From Eukaryota sp. TZLM1-RC (lineage: Eukaryota > Protista > Metamonada: BaSk clade): a DNA stretch of 64,000 nt. The position numbers were made by a program, and so were the translations under genes. Shown in pieces: positions 11,705 to 23,363 of the stretch. The stretch's first letter is position 1; each line of letters starts with the position of its first letter. Location of the stretch: contig JAUPSS010000004.1 of the NCBI GenBank assembly GCA_040285825.1, forward strand, positions 5,671,784-5,735,783, written 5' to 3'. Under the pieces are notes generated by a model. The model did no database searches and had not been told where the DNA came from. It was given only the letters and a program-made list of their open reading frames with translations.

Positions 11705-14700
11705 TTAAATCTATTTTTAAGGGAATGGTAACACTAATTTCTGATTCACTATCTTCTTTTGGGAAATTTTATGAATCTTTAGCGATTAATTGTTTTTGAT
11801 GTAGGGAGGCAGGTTTTGAGGATGTGGAGTTTTAATTGTGTATTTCATATTTGTTGTTGAATAAAAATAAATCAAAAAAAAGAAGAAATTGATTATATGC
11901 CATGTGCAAAAGTTTCAATATAGAGGCATTTATTGAGCCACTAGTACGTAAGCTGTCTTCAGATCAAACAGATGATTCCTTTGGTAAAAGAAGGGCAGAT
12001 TTAGTAGCTCCAGGGATCGATGGTGTTCTCAATGTTGTAGACGTTGTCTCAGTGGATGTTTGCAAAAATTCTGCTGCTCGTTTATTGTATTCCGCTGACT
12101 CGCCGTTATCTAACGCCGAAAAAAAGAAGATAAAAAAATATGAAGAACCTTTGGCACAGTTAGGTAGAGTGGAACATGTGAAATATCAGTTTGTGCCGTT
12201 TGCAATTTCTCTTTTTGGCAATATTGGACCTTCAGGCTTGCACTTTTTGGAAAATTTTAAAAAAGTGTTACTGAATAGGTCTGGTAAAACAATGAACTCC
12301 ACTTTCTGGTTAAATAGAATTGTTTTTGCATTTTCAAGTCTATTCCAACAATGATTTCAAAGGCACTTTTAGCTATTGGTGTAGAATATGAACGTAATGC
12401 TGTGAGTAGGTTCAGTAATAGTGACGCTTGTTTGGAGGATATTGAATTCTAGATGGGTTTTTTATCTCAATAATTATTCCAGTTTTAAAAATAAAAATTA
12501 TTCCAGTAAAAAAATGTAGAAGCTTTGTCTTTGACACGATCGAAGACAATTGATGCTAGCAAACGAGAAAGAGATTCACCAACAGCAATTGGGCGTATTC
12601 CATCAGGTTTGATTCCGTTTCCAGGCTTTACTAAAGCAATCAGACGTGCTGCGAGTAATTCAAATGGAGGATTAATTTTCAAAACAATCAATTGTTGAAA
12701 ATAGTGGGCTAGATCATCAGCAATTTCGGGAGCACTGGAACACGCTATTTTTAACAGATCAAAAGAAATTCCAGATGGGCCTGCTGCTTTCCCCTTTGGC
12801 AATTTTTGAATAGCTTTATGAACTTCAATTGCAGTAATAGGATTTTCAATCCAAAAAGGACACACTTCAGGCTTGCTGCACTTGAAATTTTCTTGAGGAT
12901 GCAACTTTTGAAGTTTTTCAAGGGTATCAGAGTTTGCATCAGCCAAAGAAGAGGAAAACAAAGACTGCTTTGCGGCACCATAACGACCACGTAAGCACAA
13001 TTTACGGCAAATTTTTGATTTTACAATTTTTCTATTTCCAAATTTTTTCTTAAAACAATTTCTGGAAAAAAATCAGACTTAATTTTTGACTCCTTTACCC
13101 TTGAATCTTCTTCTGGTGTGAAACAAGGTGATCCTCTTGGCCCTTTGCTGTTTTGTTTGGCTATTCATAATATTATTAAAATGACACAACAAGATTTCCC
13201 TGATTTGCGTATTGTTGCCTATATGGATGACATTTCTACTATTGGTTCTTTTGAAAGCATTTCTAGGGTTTCTGAAGACATTGCGGCGAAATACAAAGAA
13301 ATTGGTTTAGCTTTGAACCCATCTAAATGTCTCTTGATTGGTAAAGAAAAACAATCTTTGATGATTTTTTTTAAGTACTTTTAATTTATTTTCAAAACCA
13401 CAGTCTAAAAGTCAATATCTTCAAAACAAGCTTCCACACCATCAAACCTTACAGCAGCAATGTTTTCATAATGTGCACTGACAGACATTAAAGCTTTCGA
13501 AATCATTTTAGGAATTGATTTGAAAATAGTAAAAACAATACGATTTAGCCACAAGCGACGATCAAAATGCTTATTCATTCTTTTTTTCACAAGATTTTCA
13601 AAATCATCAATAAAATTCAAAGCAGTTTTTCCAAGACGACCATACAACGATATAGCAAATGGGCAAATTTGGTAATCTACATGGCGAACATGTTTCAATT
13701 CTTTTAAAGGATTTGCATACTTTTTCCGTTTGTACAATTCGGAGTCATCAAGGGGGATACTTCGGATTGAGCATTTTTCAAGGCATTTTTCTTGCAAACA
13801 TCCACTGTTACGACATCAACAACATTCATGACATCATCAAACGAGGGCACAACAACATCAGCACGTCGTTTTCCATATTCTGAATCTCTTACGCTTTCAT
13901 TTATATCAAGAGACCTCAACAAAGGTTCTACAAAAGATTCAATATGATAGGAATTACACATTGCATGGATTTGATCTCTGACTGCATCATGCAACGTAGA
14001 ACGATAGGAAATATATCTACTACAATTAAATAAATGTGATAATGTCAAACCAGCTCCACATTTACAAAACAAATCATTGGGCAAATTACAAGGCCATAAA
14101 TAACAACGCATTCTCATAGCAGTGGTCCATTGGTCGTCATTCAAAAATAGACCATAAATCTGGGGAATTTGATTTATCAAAACTGCAGATGAACTGTCCT
14201 TCAAATCAATCAAAAAATTGGCAAAAGCAGGATTTTCTTTCTTAGCCGTGCTAAGTCAACAATAAAATCCTTGTTTTCAAAATTTTTCAAAAGATGTCGT
14301 TGGAGCTTTTTCAACGCAAATTTTAATGAATATAAACTTCTGTCTGGAATTTCTTGAATGGATATGGGGAAACATGATTGCCATAAGTCGGGAGATAAAC
14401 TGGATATTTCTTCTCTTAAGTTATCCAGGAATATGCTATTTGTATTTTCAAGAAGATTTTCGGCAAAAGGATATCTTCTAGAGAATTCAAATACAAAATT
14501 TTTCCACCACCAATTGTCACGAAAATAGTTGCATTTTTAATCTTGATTTCAAAAATGCTTTCAATTCAGTGAAAAGAGATTCAATTTGGAAAGAAATCAA
14601 ATCAAATTTTCCTGAACTCGAAACCTTTTTTTATAGGTTTTATGGTAATTCATCTGATTTAATTTTTAATTCTTTTAATCTGGATTCTTTATCAGGAGTT

Positions 14701-17363
14701 AAACAAGGAGACCCTTTAGGTCCTTTCTTTTTTTGTCTTGCAATTCACCCAATTTTGAAAAAAATTAAAAGAAGAAAAATTCTGACCTTCAAGTGGTAGC
14801 TTACATGGATGACATTTCTTGTATTGGTCCAGAAAGTACAATTAATAGGGTTGCTAATGAAGCTGCTACATTATACCAATCCATAGGTCTTGATTTGAAT
14901 GTTCAAAAATGTTTTTGTATTTCTAGAAAAAAATGTTAAGTTAATAATTAATTCCCTCGAAGTTCCATATATTGATTATACTTCAACTAGTTTCTGCTTT
15001 CTGGGTTGCTATTTAGGTTCCGCCGAAAAAGACACTTGATAGCCTTGAAAATTATTTAAATTCAATTAAAAAAGAGCTGGAAGTCATAAAGACTCTTGAA
15101 TTGGAAAAACATCTTAAGTTTTTTCTTTTGAAAATTTGTTATGCTGGAAAAATTACTCATTTACTGAGATCATTACCTCCATCCCTAACTTACAATTTTT
15201 GTAGACAATTTAACAAAATACGTACCCAATTTTTGGCTTATTTAATGGCTGTTGATCCATCAATTTTGAAAAATCATATTGTTTCTGATGTTCAACTTGG
15301 CGGTGTTGGATTCAATTCATCAAAATATTTGACCAAAGCTGCATTTATTGGTGGTGGAAAAAATTTTGTATTTGAATTCTCCAGAAGATATCCTTTTGCC
15401 GAAAATCTTCTTGAAACTACAAATAGCCTATTCCTCGATAACTTAAGAGAAGAAATTTCCAGTTTATCTCCAGACTTATGGCAATCATGTTTCCCCATAT
15501 CTATTCAAGACATTCCAAGTTTGTATTGTATTTTTTTTCCTCCCTCCCTTAGTCAACCCTTTCATATTTCACTTTCTGTCAAAGCGTCAAAGTCGTACTG
15601 TTTCTCTGTCAAAACGATGCCTTTGGCTGATAGTGACTCTGATACTGATTGGAACGCCCAAGCAAAGATTCTACCAGTCAGATCAAGCTCATCCACTCCA
15701 CTTCCCCACTCTCCCCACAATACAAGCTATGCTCGAAATTCATCTCAAAAAAATTTTCATTCAAAAACTGATCATTGTACCAGAAAAAACACAGAAAAAC
15801 CACCATTACGTTCCTTGCGTTCTGTTGCGCGTTCTATTAACAACTCCGTTTCTCGAAATTTGTTTTCTCCAGCTGAAACTGCAAAAAGTCAAAAGTCTAT
15901 TTCTACTTTTTAACTCACAAATTAACAAAATTGAAAGAACTGAAAAAAATGAAACCACTGCCATTAAAAAGGTTCTAAAAAAATGTTCGATTTGTGATAT
16001 GATGCTTTCAATTCTAAAAATTAATTTATTGAATTTGCACACTTGATTAAATTAAATCATAACTAATGGTACGACTATCATTAAACCAAGATTTCCTCTA
16101 CAAAATCTTGATTTGCTTGCTGTCTAGCTAAAGCTTCTCTAATTCGATTGAAAAACCGCGGTAATCTATTAATAATGGCAAATTGAATCCGTGAACGCCA
16201 TAAAAAAATATCAAATCTTTTTCATTGTTTTTTTCTTTCACCATTTTTGGAAGTCATCCAAAAAAAGTTTCTGCTTCAACTGATAATCTTCCATTTATCG
16301 AAAATGGAAAAGCAATAAAAACCAGCTGTGTATTTCTATCGATATTTGCATCTTCAATTTCTTTATCATATTTTCTATGTTTTTCTTTTGCTTTAAAATC
16401 CAGAGCAGCCACAGGATTAAGTTTTCTTCTGTGAACCAAAGTATCGTTTGCAACATTACATGAGACAAAAGTCAACAATAGCTTCAGAATTATCAATCCA
16501 ATCACAGTATACATCACCTCTATCATCAGAACCAAAATTATTCAGAGAAAGTGTTTCTTTCAGCAGGGGCTCTTTGATACACGATATCCTTGCAGTTTGT
16601 GCCATATTGAAAACAGTGTCTCTAACAGCATCATGTAATGAAGAACGATAAGTTATCAATTTAGAGCAATTTAGAGCATGGCGCAAAGTGAGTTGAGGTG
16701 AATTCGAACAAATACATTTTTCTTTTGATAATAATTGGTTAATGGGGATGTTCAAATATAATCTCATTTTTGTTACAAATGCTTCATTAGTAGCACACAA
16801 TCCAAATCTTCGTGGTACAATGGTTACAAAAAGTGAAGAATCTGACACCTTGTTTTCACAAACACCCTTTTCCAATAACAATGAATGAAGATCTTGATTT
16901 AAAACAGCCGAGCTGCAAATATTATTATAAAGATCTTTTTCATACATTCCAGTCAATCTTTTTCTGTAATGTTCGAAGAGTGTACTTCAAATTTAAAACA
17001 TTTTTTTCTGGAATATTGCCATTGAATGATTGGGGAAAACATCGACCCCATTTTTCTACATCAATTCTTGAAATTTCTTCATTTAATGCAAAAACAGTGG
17101 AACTTTGCGTTGTCATCAATAAATCTTCCCAATCTGCAAATCTTTCGGAGAACTCAAAGATTGCATTTCTGCATCCACCAACAAAAAGCACACGAGGTAA
17201 GAATAGAAGCCTTCGTCCACCCTAAACCACCATATTGTGGACTAAGGTAAGCATGATCTGGAATTTGAAACATTTTACATCCCAGTAATTGAGACAGAAC
17301 TTTTGCACGTAACTCATTAAACTTTTTGAGCCAAAGGTCTAGTGACGAGAGGATTTGTAGATC
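10584..17363. repeat. Segmental direct duplication, copy 2
   Basis: Near-identical to 2848-9623; many of the differences are homopolymer lengths. Confidence 0.93.
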
Positions 17364-19672
17364 GAAATATATGATTAAAATTGGAACTAAAAACACAGTC
17401 TTATAATGGTAAATTTGATGTGTTTTTTTATATCTAAATTCATCATTCGGTCAATTTTGTCAGAAATTGAGTTCAACTTTTCAAACAATTTTTTTGGTAA
17501 TTTCATCATTATTTCCTAAAAACGAACCCAAATGACGAATAGCATCAATTGAATATAATTTGGCTTGAATTTCAATATCATCAATTATTGTGGAAACTGG
17601 AGAATTCGATAACAAAACACATTTAAGTAAATTAAGTCGGAGACCAATTTTGGTAAATAATTCTTTAAAACATACAGTTGCTTTTTTTCACAATATTTAA
17701 TTCACCAATAAGCACAACATCATCCATATATGCAATCATTTTTAGTGAAGGAAACATCTCTTGAATTTGCAGTAGAATAGGATGAATGGCCAAACAAAAC
17801 AAAAAGAGGTCCTAACGGATCTCCTTGCTTTACGCCACTTGATGAAATCAAAATGTTGTTACCAAAATGTAAATTAGAATATGTGCAATATGTTGATTGA
17901 AAATATGGTATTAATTCTGGCATATATTGCAATAGAGCACCATGGATACTGCGACGACTTATCGAATTGAAAGCATTACTAAAAATCCAATGACATGCAA
18001 ACATTGGATTCATTTTTGACGAAATAAGACATCAGTAGCAAAAATCGCTGAAGAGACTCCATCTGTAGTATTTATACCATATTGAAAGGGTAATAAAATC
18101 TTTTTAGCTTTTTCATTGAACCTGCTTAAGCAACACGCAGAAAAAAATATTATGTAAGCTCTCAGAGACTGCAATAGGACGAACATCCATTTTTGAATTT
18201 TTGACAAGTGCAGTCAAACGAGAACTTCTTAATTCTTCTGGGTACTTGCGTTGACCAGATAATATTTGGTTGAAAAATTTGGTCAATAAACCAAGGCAAT
18301 CTTCTGAAGAAATAATCGCGGCTTTTACATGATCAATAGTAATACCAGAAAGTCCGGCAGACTTACCACGAGGTCTCTTTTTGATAACCGAAAAAAACTT
18401 CTGATGGCATCAATGGATAATTTTCCCAGTATGTGCCGTAAAAATTTTGATCCATAACAGGGTCTTCATAAGGATGAAGTATTTTCAGTTTATCTACTGT
18501 ATTTTCATTGTTCGGTGCTTTGACTCCGGGACTTAAAGCTGACAAAGCCTTGGACCATTTGTTGTCAAAGCATTTGTCTTCAAAAATTTTACTTAATTTC
18601 TCGGATGACTGATTTCTCGGTGCTATATTGGTTAAATCTTCGGAAATATTAACGAAATTTTGTTCAAAAGGAGGACAAAAGAACCAAAAAATTCCCAAAT
18701 AATATTGATAGCATACTTTCCTTTACATAATTGATCCAAAAATCTTTGAAAAACGAAAGCAAATTCATTGCATTTGGTCGGATGAATTTCTTGAGGTATT
18801 CTTATGGGAGGATGGTAGTTATCAACTATGCGGCATTTCAAGCAGCGATCAGAAGTTTTTCCTTTTGCATTTTTTCTAAAAGAAATACCACAAGTGTTGC
18901 AAGTTTTGTGCTTCAATCGATTGCTAACTGGTTTTGCAACAACTTGTGGAGCATTATTTATGGGTTCTACCTTAGACTCTATGTATCCATTTGTATTTTC
19001 CCTTTTTGGTTCACTTGCACCAACTGCTTTACGTTTTTTGGATGATTTTGAAATGATTGTAAAGAGAAGAACTGGCAGAAATTTCAACAGATTGTTTTGG
19101 CAAAATAGAATTGTGTTTTCTATTTTTAAGGGGATGTTGAAGATGGTTTCTGATGCTTTGCTTTCTCTTGGATCTCACTATGAGAGAGTTGCATCTAGTG
19201 TTTTTGTTTTGGGAGAGATGGATTTTTTAGATGTTGATTTATAGGTTTAGAATAAAATTAAATTTAAAAAAAACCTTAGACTCTTTCCTTCTAATAAATT
19301 TTCTTTTACATTTTGTTTCAGAATTTGCCGCATCATTTTTTCCAACATTGGGGCATGTTCGAGCATTATGTCCCTGTTGTCGACACTTTGAGCATCTGTA
19401 GGAGCGTGGCTTTGTTTTTGAACAAACTTTTTTTTCATCGTGATTGTCTAAAAATTCTTGATCAGAATTTTTTTTGTCCAAAAATGAAGAGAGAAGAGGT
19501 TGAGGAGGAGAGGTGGAAAGGACGTCTTGAGCATCTTGTTGACTATCGTTCTTTCTTTTGACTCCATTAGAATCAGAAACTGATTCAGACATCAACAAGA
19601 AAGAATAGAAGCAATGATCTCGGTTCAGCCAGGTTTTAAGTTAAACGGTTATATGTAGAGGAAGAATTCATT
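16016..19672 (-). mobile_element. Full-length family C copy inserted in D
   Basis: TSD ctttcaattct at 16005-16015 and 19673-19683. 5' UTR at 19600-19666. Many homopolymer frameshifts. Confidence 0.9.
18981..19272 (+). mobile_element. 5'-truncated family A copy inserted in C
   Basis: TSD accttagactct at 18969-18980 and 19273-19284; ends DVDL* plus tail. Confidence 0.92.
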
Positions 19673-21582
19673 CTTTCAATTCTGTGAAACGTAATTGTAT
19701 TTTTGATGTGCTTCTTCATGATTTTCCTGAACTTTCTGCATATTTTTATTTATTTTATGGAAAAAATCAGACTTAATTTTTGACTCCTTTACCCTTGAAT
19801 CTTCTTCTGGTGTGAAACAAGGTGATCCTCTTGGCCCTTTGCTGTTTTGTTTGGCTATTCATAATATTATTAAAATGACACAACAAGATTTCCCTGATTT
19901 GCGTATTGTTGCCTATATGGATGACATTTCTATTATTGGTTCTTTTGAAAGCATTTCTAGGGTCTCTGAAAACATTGCGGCGAAATACAAAGAAATTGGA
20001 TTAGCTTTGAACCCATCTAAATGTCTCTTGATTGGTAGAGAAAAACAATCTTTGATGATTGGTGGAGCTCAGATTCAATTATGACCAACAAGCTTTTAAG
20101 TTTCTTGGATGTTGGCTTGGCAATTTGGATGAAATTTATTCCCAGTTAAACAATTTATTGGAGAAGTTTGACAAGGATCTTAGTTTTATTGCTGAATGTG
20201 ACATTGAGAAACACATCAAATTTTTTATTTTAAAAATTTGTTATTCTGGAAAATTCACTCATGTTTTAAGGTCAACTCCCCCTTCGGTATCTCTCAATTT
20301 TTGCAGATCTTTTAACAAACTTCGAGTCAAATTTTTTTCTTTTTTATTAGAAGTAAATGAATCTTTAATTCGAAGTCATGTATTTTGTTCAGCAGATTTG
20401 GGTGGCATTGGATTCACCAAATCTTCGATTCTGTGTAAAGCAGCATTTTTGGGAGGTGGTAAAAATTTTGTTTTTGAATTTTTCCAAAGGTTCCCTTTTG
20501 ATGTTCATCTGATCAATGGTGAATCAAATTTTTATTTGAATCAACTTCAAATCGAATTAGATAATTTGCCTAGTGATATCTGGATTCAGTGTTTTCCTCA
20601 AAATGTTCAAGAAATTCCCACTCGATCACTTCCAAATTTACGTTTTTGCTTGAAAAAGCTTCAGCACCATCTGGTTAAATTATATGAAGGCTTGGATTAT
20701 GAAGTAAGACTTGGCTTGGCCAAAACTAAAAATCCCGCTTTCGGTAATTTTTTAAAGGATATTTGTGATAGTTCAGCTGCTGCTTTAGTAACTCAAGTTC
20801 CCTCTGTTTATGGACTTTTGTTAAAAGACAATGAATGGCTTCTAAACATGCGTTTTCGTTGTTTTCTGTGGCCAAACAATTTGCCCAATCATTTAACTTG
20901 TAAATGTGGTAAACCTCTTTTGTTTACTCATCTTTTGAACTGTAAACATTTCATTACGTTTAGAAGCAAAGTGCATAATAACGTCAGGGACCAAATTTAT
21001 GTAATGTGCAAATCATATCAAGTAGATTCCTTTTTAGAACCGCTGTTATCGAAATTAATTCTTGATGATCCCAATATTGATAGTACGCGTTACAACAGAG
21101 CTTCTATGGGTCTGACTAGAAGTGATCTAGTTGTTCCTGGTTTAAATGGTAGTTTTACTATTTTGGACGCCATGTCTATTGACCCTTGTAATTCCTCTAA
21201 CGAACATTTAATTAACTCGGATGTAAATAATCCTCTTCTTGCAGGCGAAAAATATAAAATTGCTAAATATGCGAAACCCATTTCCTCGGTTAATGAAAAT
21301 TCTCATGCCCAATATAATTTATGTCCATTTGTTTTTTCTTTGCTTGGATCTCTAGGTAAGGCTGCTATGGCTTTCCTTGAGGATTTTGTTGTAGTTGTAA
21401 AGGAAAGAACTGGAAGAATTTTCAATCGTGTTTACTGGCAAAACAGGATTGTATTTTCTATTTTTAAGGGAATGGTAACACTAATTTCTGATTCACTATC
21501 TTCTTTTGGGAAATTTTCTGAATCTTTAGCGATTAATTGTTTTGATGTAGGGGAGGCAGGTTTTGAGGATGTGGAGTTTTAA
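19673..21582 (+). pseudogene. Family D polyprotein, RT C-half + CCHC + RLE (frameshift near 20075)
   Basis: ORFs 19812-20084 and 20059-21582 (CKC..HLLNC, EP, R[S/G]D, EKYKIAKY, EDVEF*). Confidence 0.88.
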
Positions 21583-21669
21583 TTGTGTATTTCATATTTG
21601 TTGTTGAATAAAAATAAATTAAGGAAAAAAAAAATTGTGATATCAGTGGTCATAATTCGAGAACGTGCC

Positions 21670-21737
21670 ATTAATGATAGTCGTCCCATTAGTTATGATT
21701 TAATTTAATCAAATGTGCAAATTCAATAAATATAAAT
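21670..21737 (+). mobile_element. Family C 3'-UTR-only insertion in A
   Basis: TSD agaacgtgcc at 21660-21669 and 21738-21747; matches 52122-52185. Confidence 0.9.
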
Positions 21738-23363
21738 AGAACGTGCCCTGAGAAACAAAAAAGAGAATTCGAAATAAAATCTGCTCAACAAATTCTCAAA
21801 TGTTCTGTTCCAGCTGTTGCCGTTGTGAAAGGTGATGAAAATAATGTTTCTGACGATCAACAGTTAAATGCTTCTAGTGTTCCCTCTTCTTCCCCTTCTG
21901 AAAACAGTAATTTTTGTTGTCCATTTTGCAAAAAAGATGTTGCAGATTCACGAAATGGTCGAAAACTTCTGTTTTGTACGAATTGTAAAGCCGTTGATAC
22001 CGTAAGACCCCCGATCCGGATCCCAGTAGAAATAAGTCCCGCCAGCACAATCCCCTTCTCAATGGAAATGAGAAATTTTACTTCAGAATTGAAAAATAAT
22101 AAGTGGAATATTTCATCTTTCTGGAAATGTTTTGCTCGAAAAAACAAAAATTGTTTTAAAAAAAATTTGGAAATAGAAAAATTGTAAAATCAAAAATTTG
22201 CCGAAAATTGTGCTTACGTGGTCGTTATGGTGCTGCAAAACAGTCTTTGTTTTCCTCTTCTTTGGCTGATGCAAACTCTGATACCCTTGAAAAACTTCAA
22301 AAGTTGCATCCTCAAGAAAATTTCAAGTGCAGCAAGCCTGAAGTGTGTCCTTTTTGGATTGAAAATCCTATTACTGCAATTGAAGTTCTTAAAGCTATTC
22401 AAAAATTGCCAAAGGGGAAAGCAGCAGGCCCATCTGGAATTTCTTTTGATCTGTTAAAAATAGCGTGTTCCAGTGCTCCCGAAATTGCTGATGATCTAGC
22501 CCACTATTTTCAACAATTGATTGTTTTGAAAATTAATCCTCCATTTGAATTACTCGCAGCACGTCTGATTGCTTTAGTAAAGCCTGGAAACGGAATCAAA
22601 CCTGATGGAATACGCCCAATTGCTGTTGGTGAATCTCTATCTCGTTTGCTGGCATCAATTGTCTTCGACCGTGTCAAAGACAAAGCTTCTACATTTTTTT
22701 TACTGGAATAATTTTTATTTTTAAAACTGGAATAATTATTGAGATAAAAAACCCATCTAGAATTCAATATCCTCCAAACAAGCGTCACTATTACTGAACC
22801 TACTCACAGCATTACGTTCATATTCTACACCAATAGCTAAAAGTGCCTTTGAAATCATTGTTGGAATAGACTTGAAAATGCAAAAAACAATTCTATTTAA
22901 CCAGAAAGTGGAGTTCATTGTTTTACCAGACCTATTCAGTAACACTTTTTTAAAATTTTCCAAAAAGTGCAAGCCTGAAGGTCCAATATTGCCAAAAAGA
23001 GAAATTGCAAACGGCACAAACTGATATTTCACATGTTCCACTCTACCTAACTGTGCCAAAGGTTCTTCATATTTTTTTATCTTCTTTTTTTCGGCGTTAG
23101 ATAACGGCGAGTCAGCGGAATACAATAAACGAGCAGCAGAATTTTTGCAAACATCCACTGAGACAACGTCTATAACATTGAGAACACCATCGATCCCTGG
23201 AGCTACTAAATCTGCCCTTCTTTTACCAAAGGAATCATCAGTTTGATCTGAAGACAGCTTACGTACTAGTGGCTCAATAAATGCCTCTATATTGAAACTT
23301 TTGCACATGGCATATAATTGATCACGAACTGAGTCATGAACAAGTGAGCGATAAGTTATGAAA

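Larger units (their letters stand above)
16001..21634 (+). mobile_element. 5'-truncated family D copy inserted in A, interrupted by a full-length C
   Basis: TSD ttgtgatat at 15992-16000 and 21635-21643; D body 19673-21634 with A-tail. Confidence 0.88.
15531..22693 (+). mobile_element. Family A 5' half, host to nested D (containing C containing A) and a C 3'-UTR stub
   Basis: A pieces 15531-16000, 21635-21669 and 21738-22693 are collinear once TSD-flanked inserts are removed. Confidence 0.9.
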
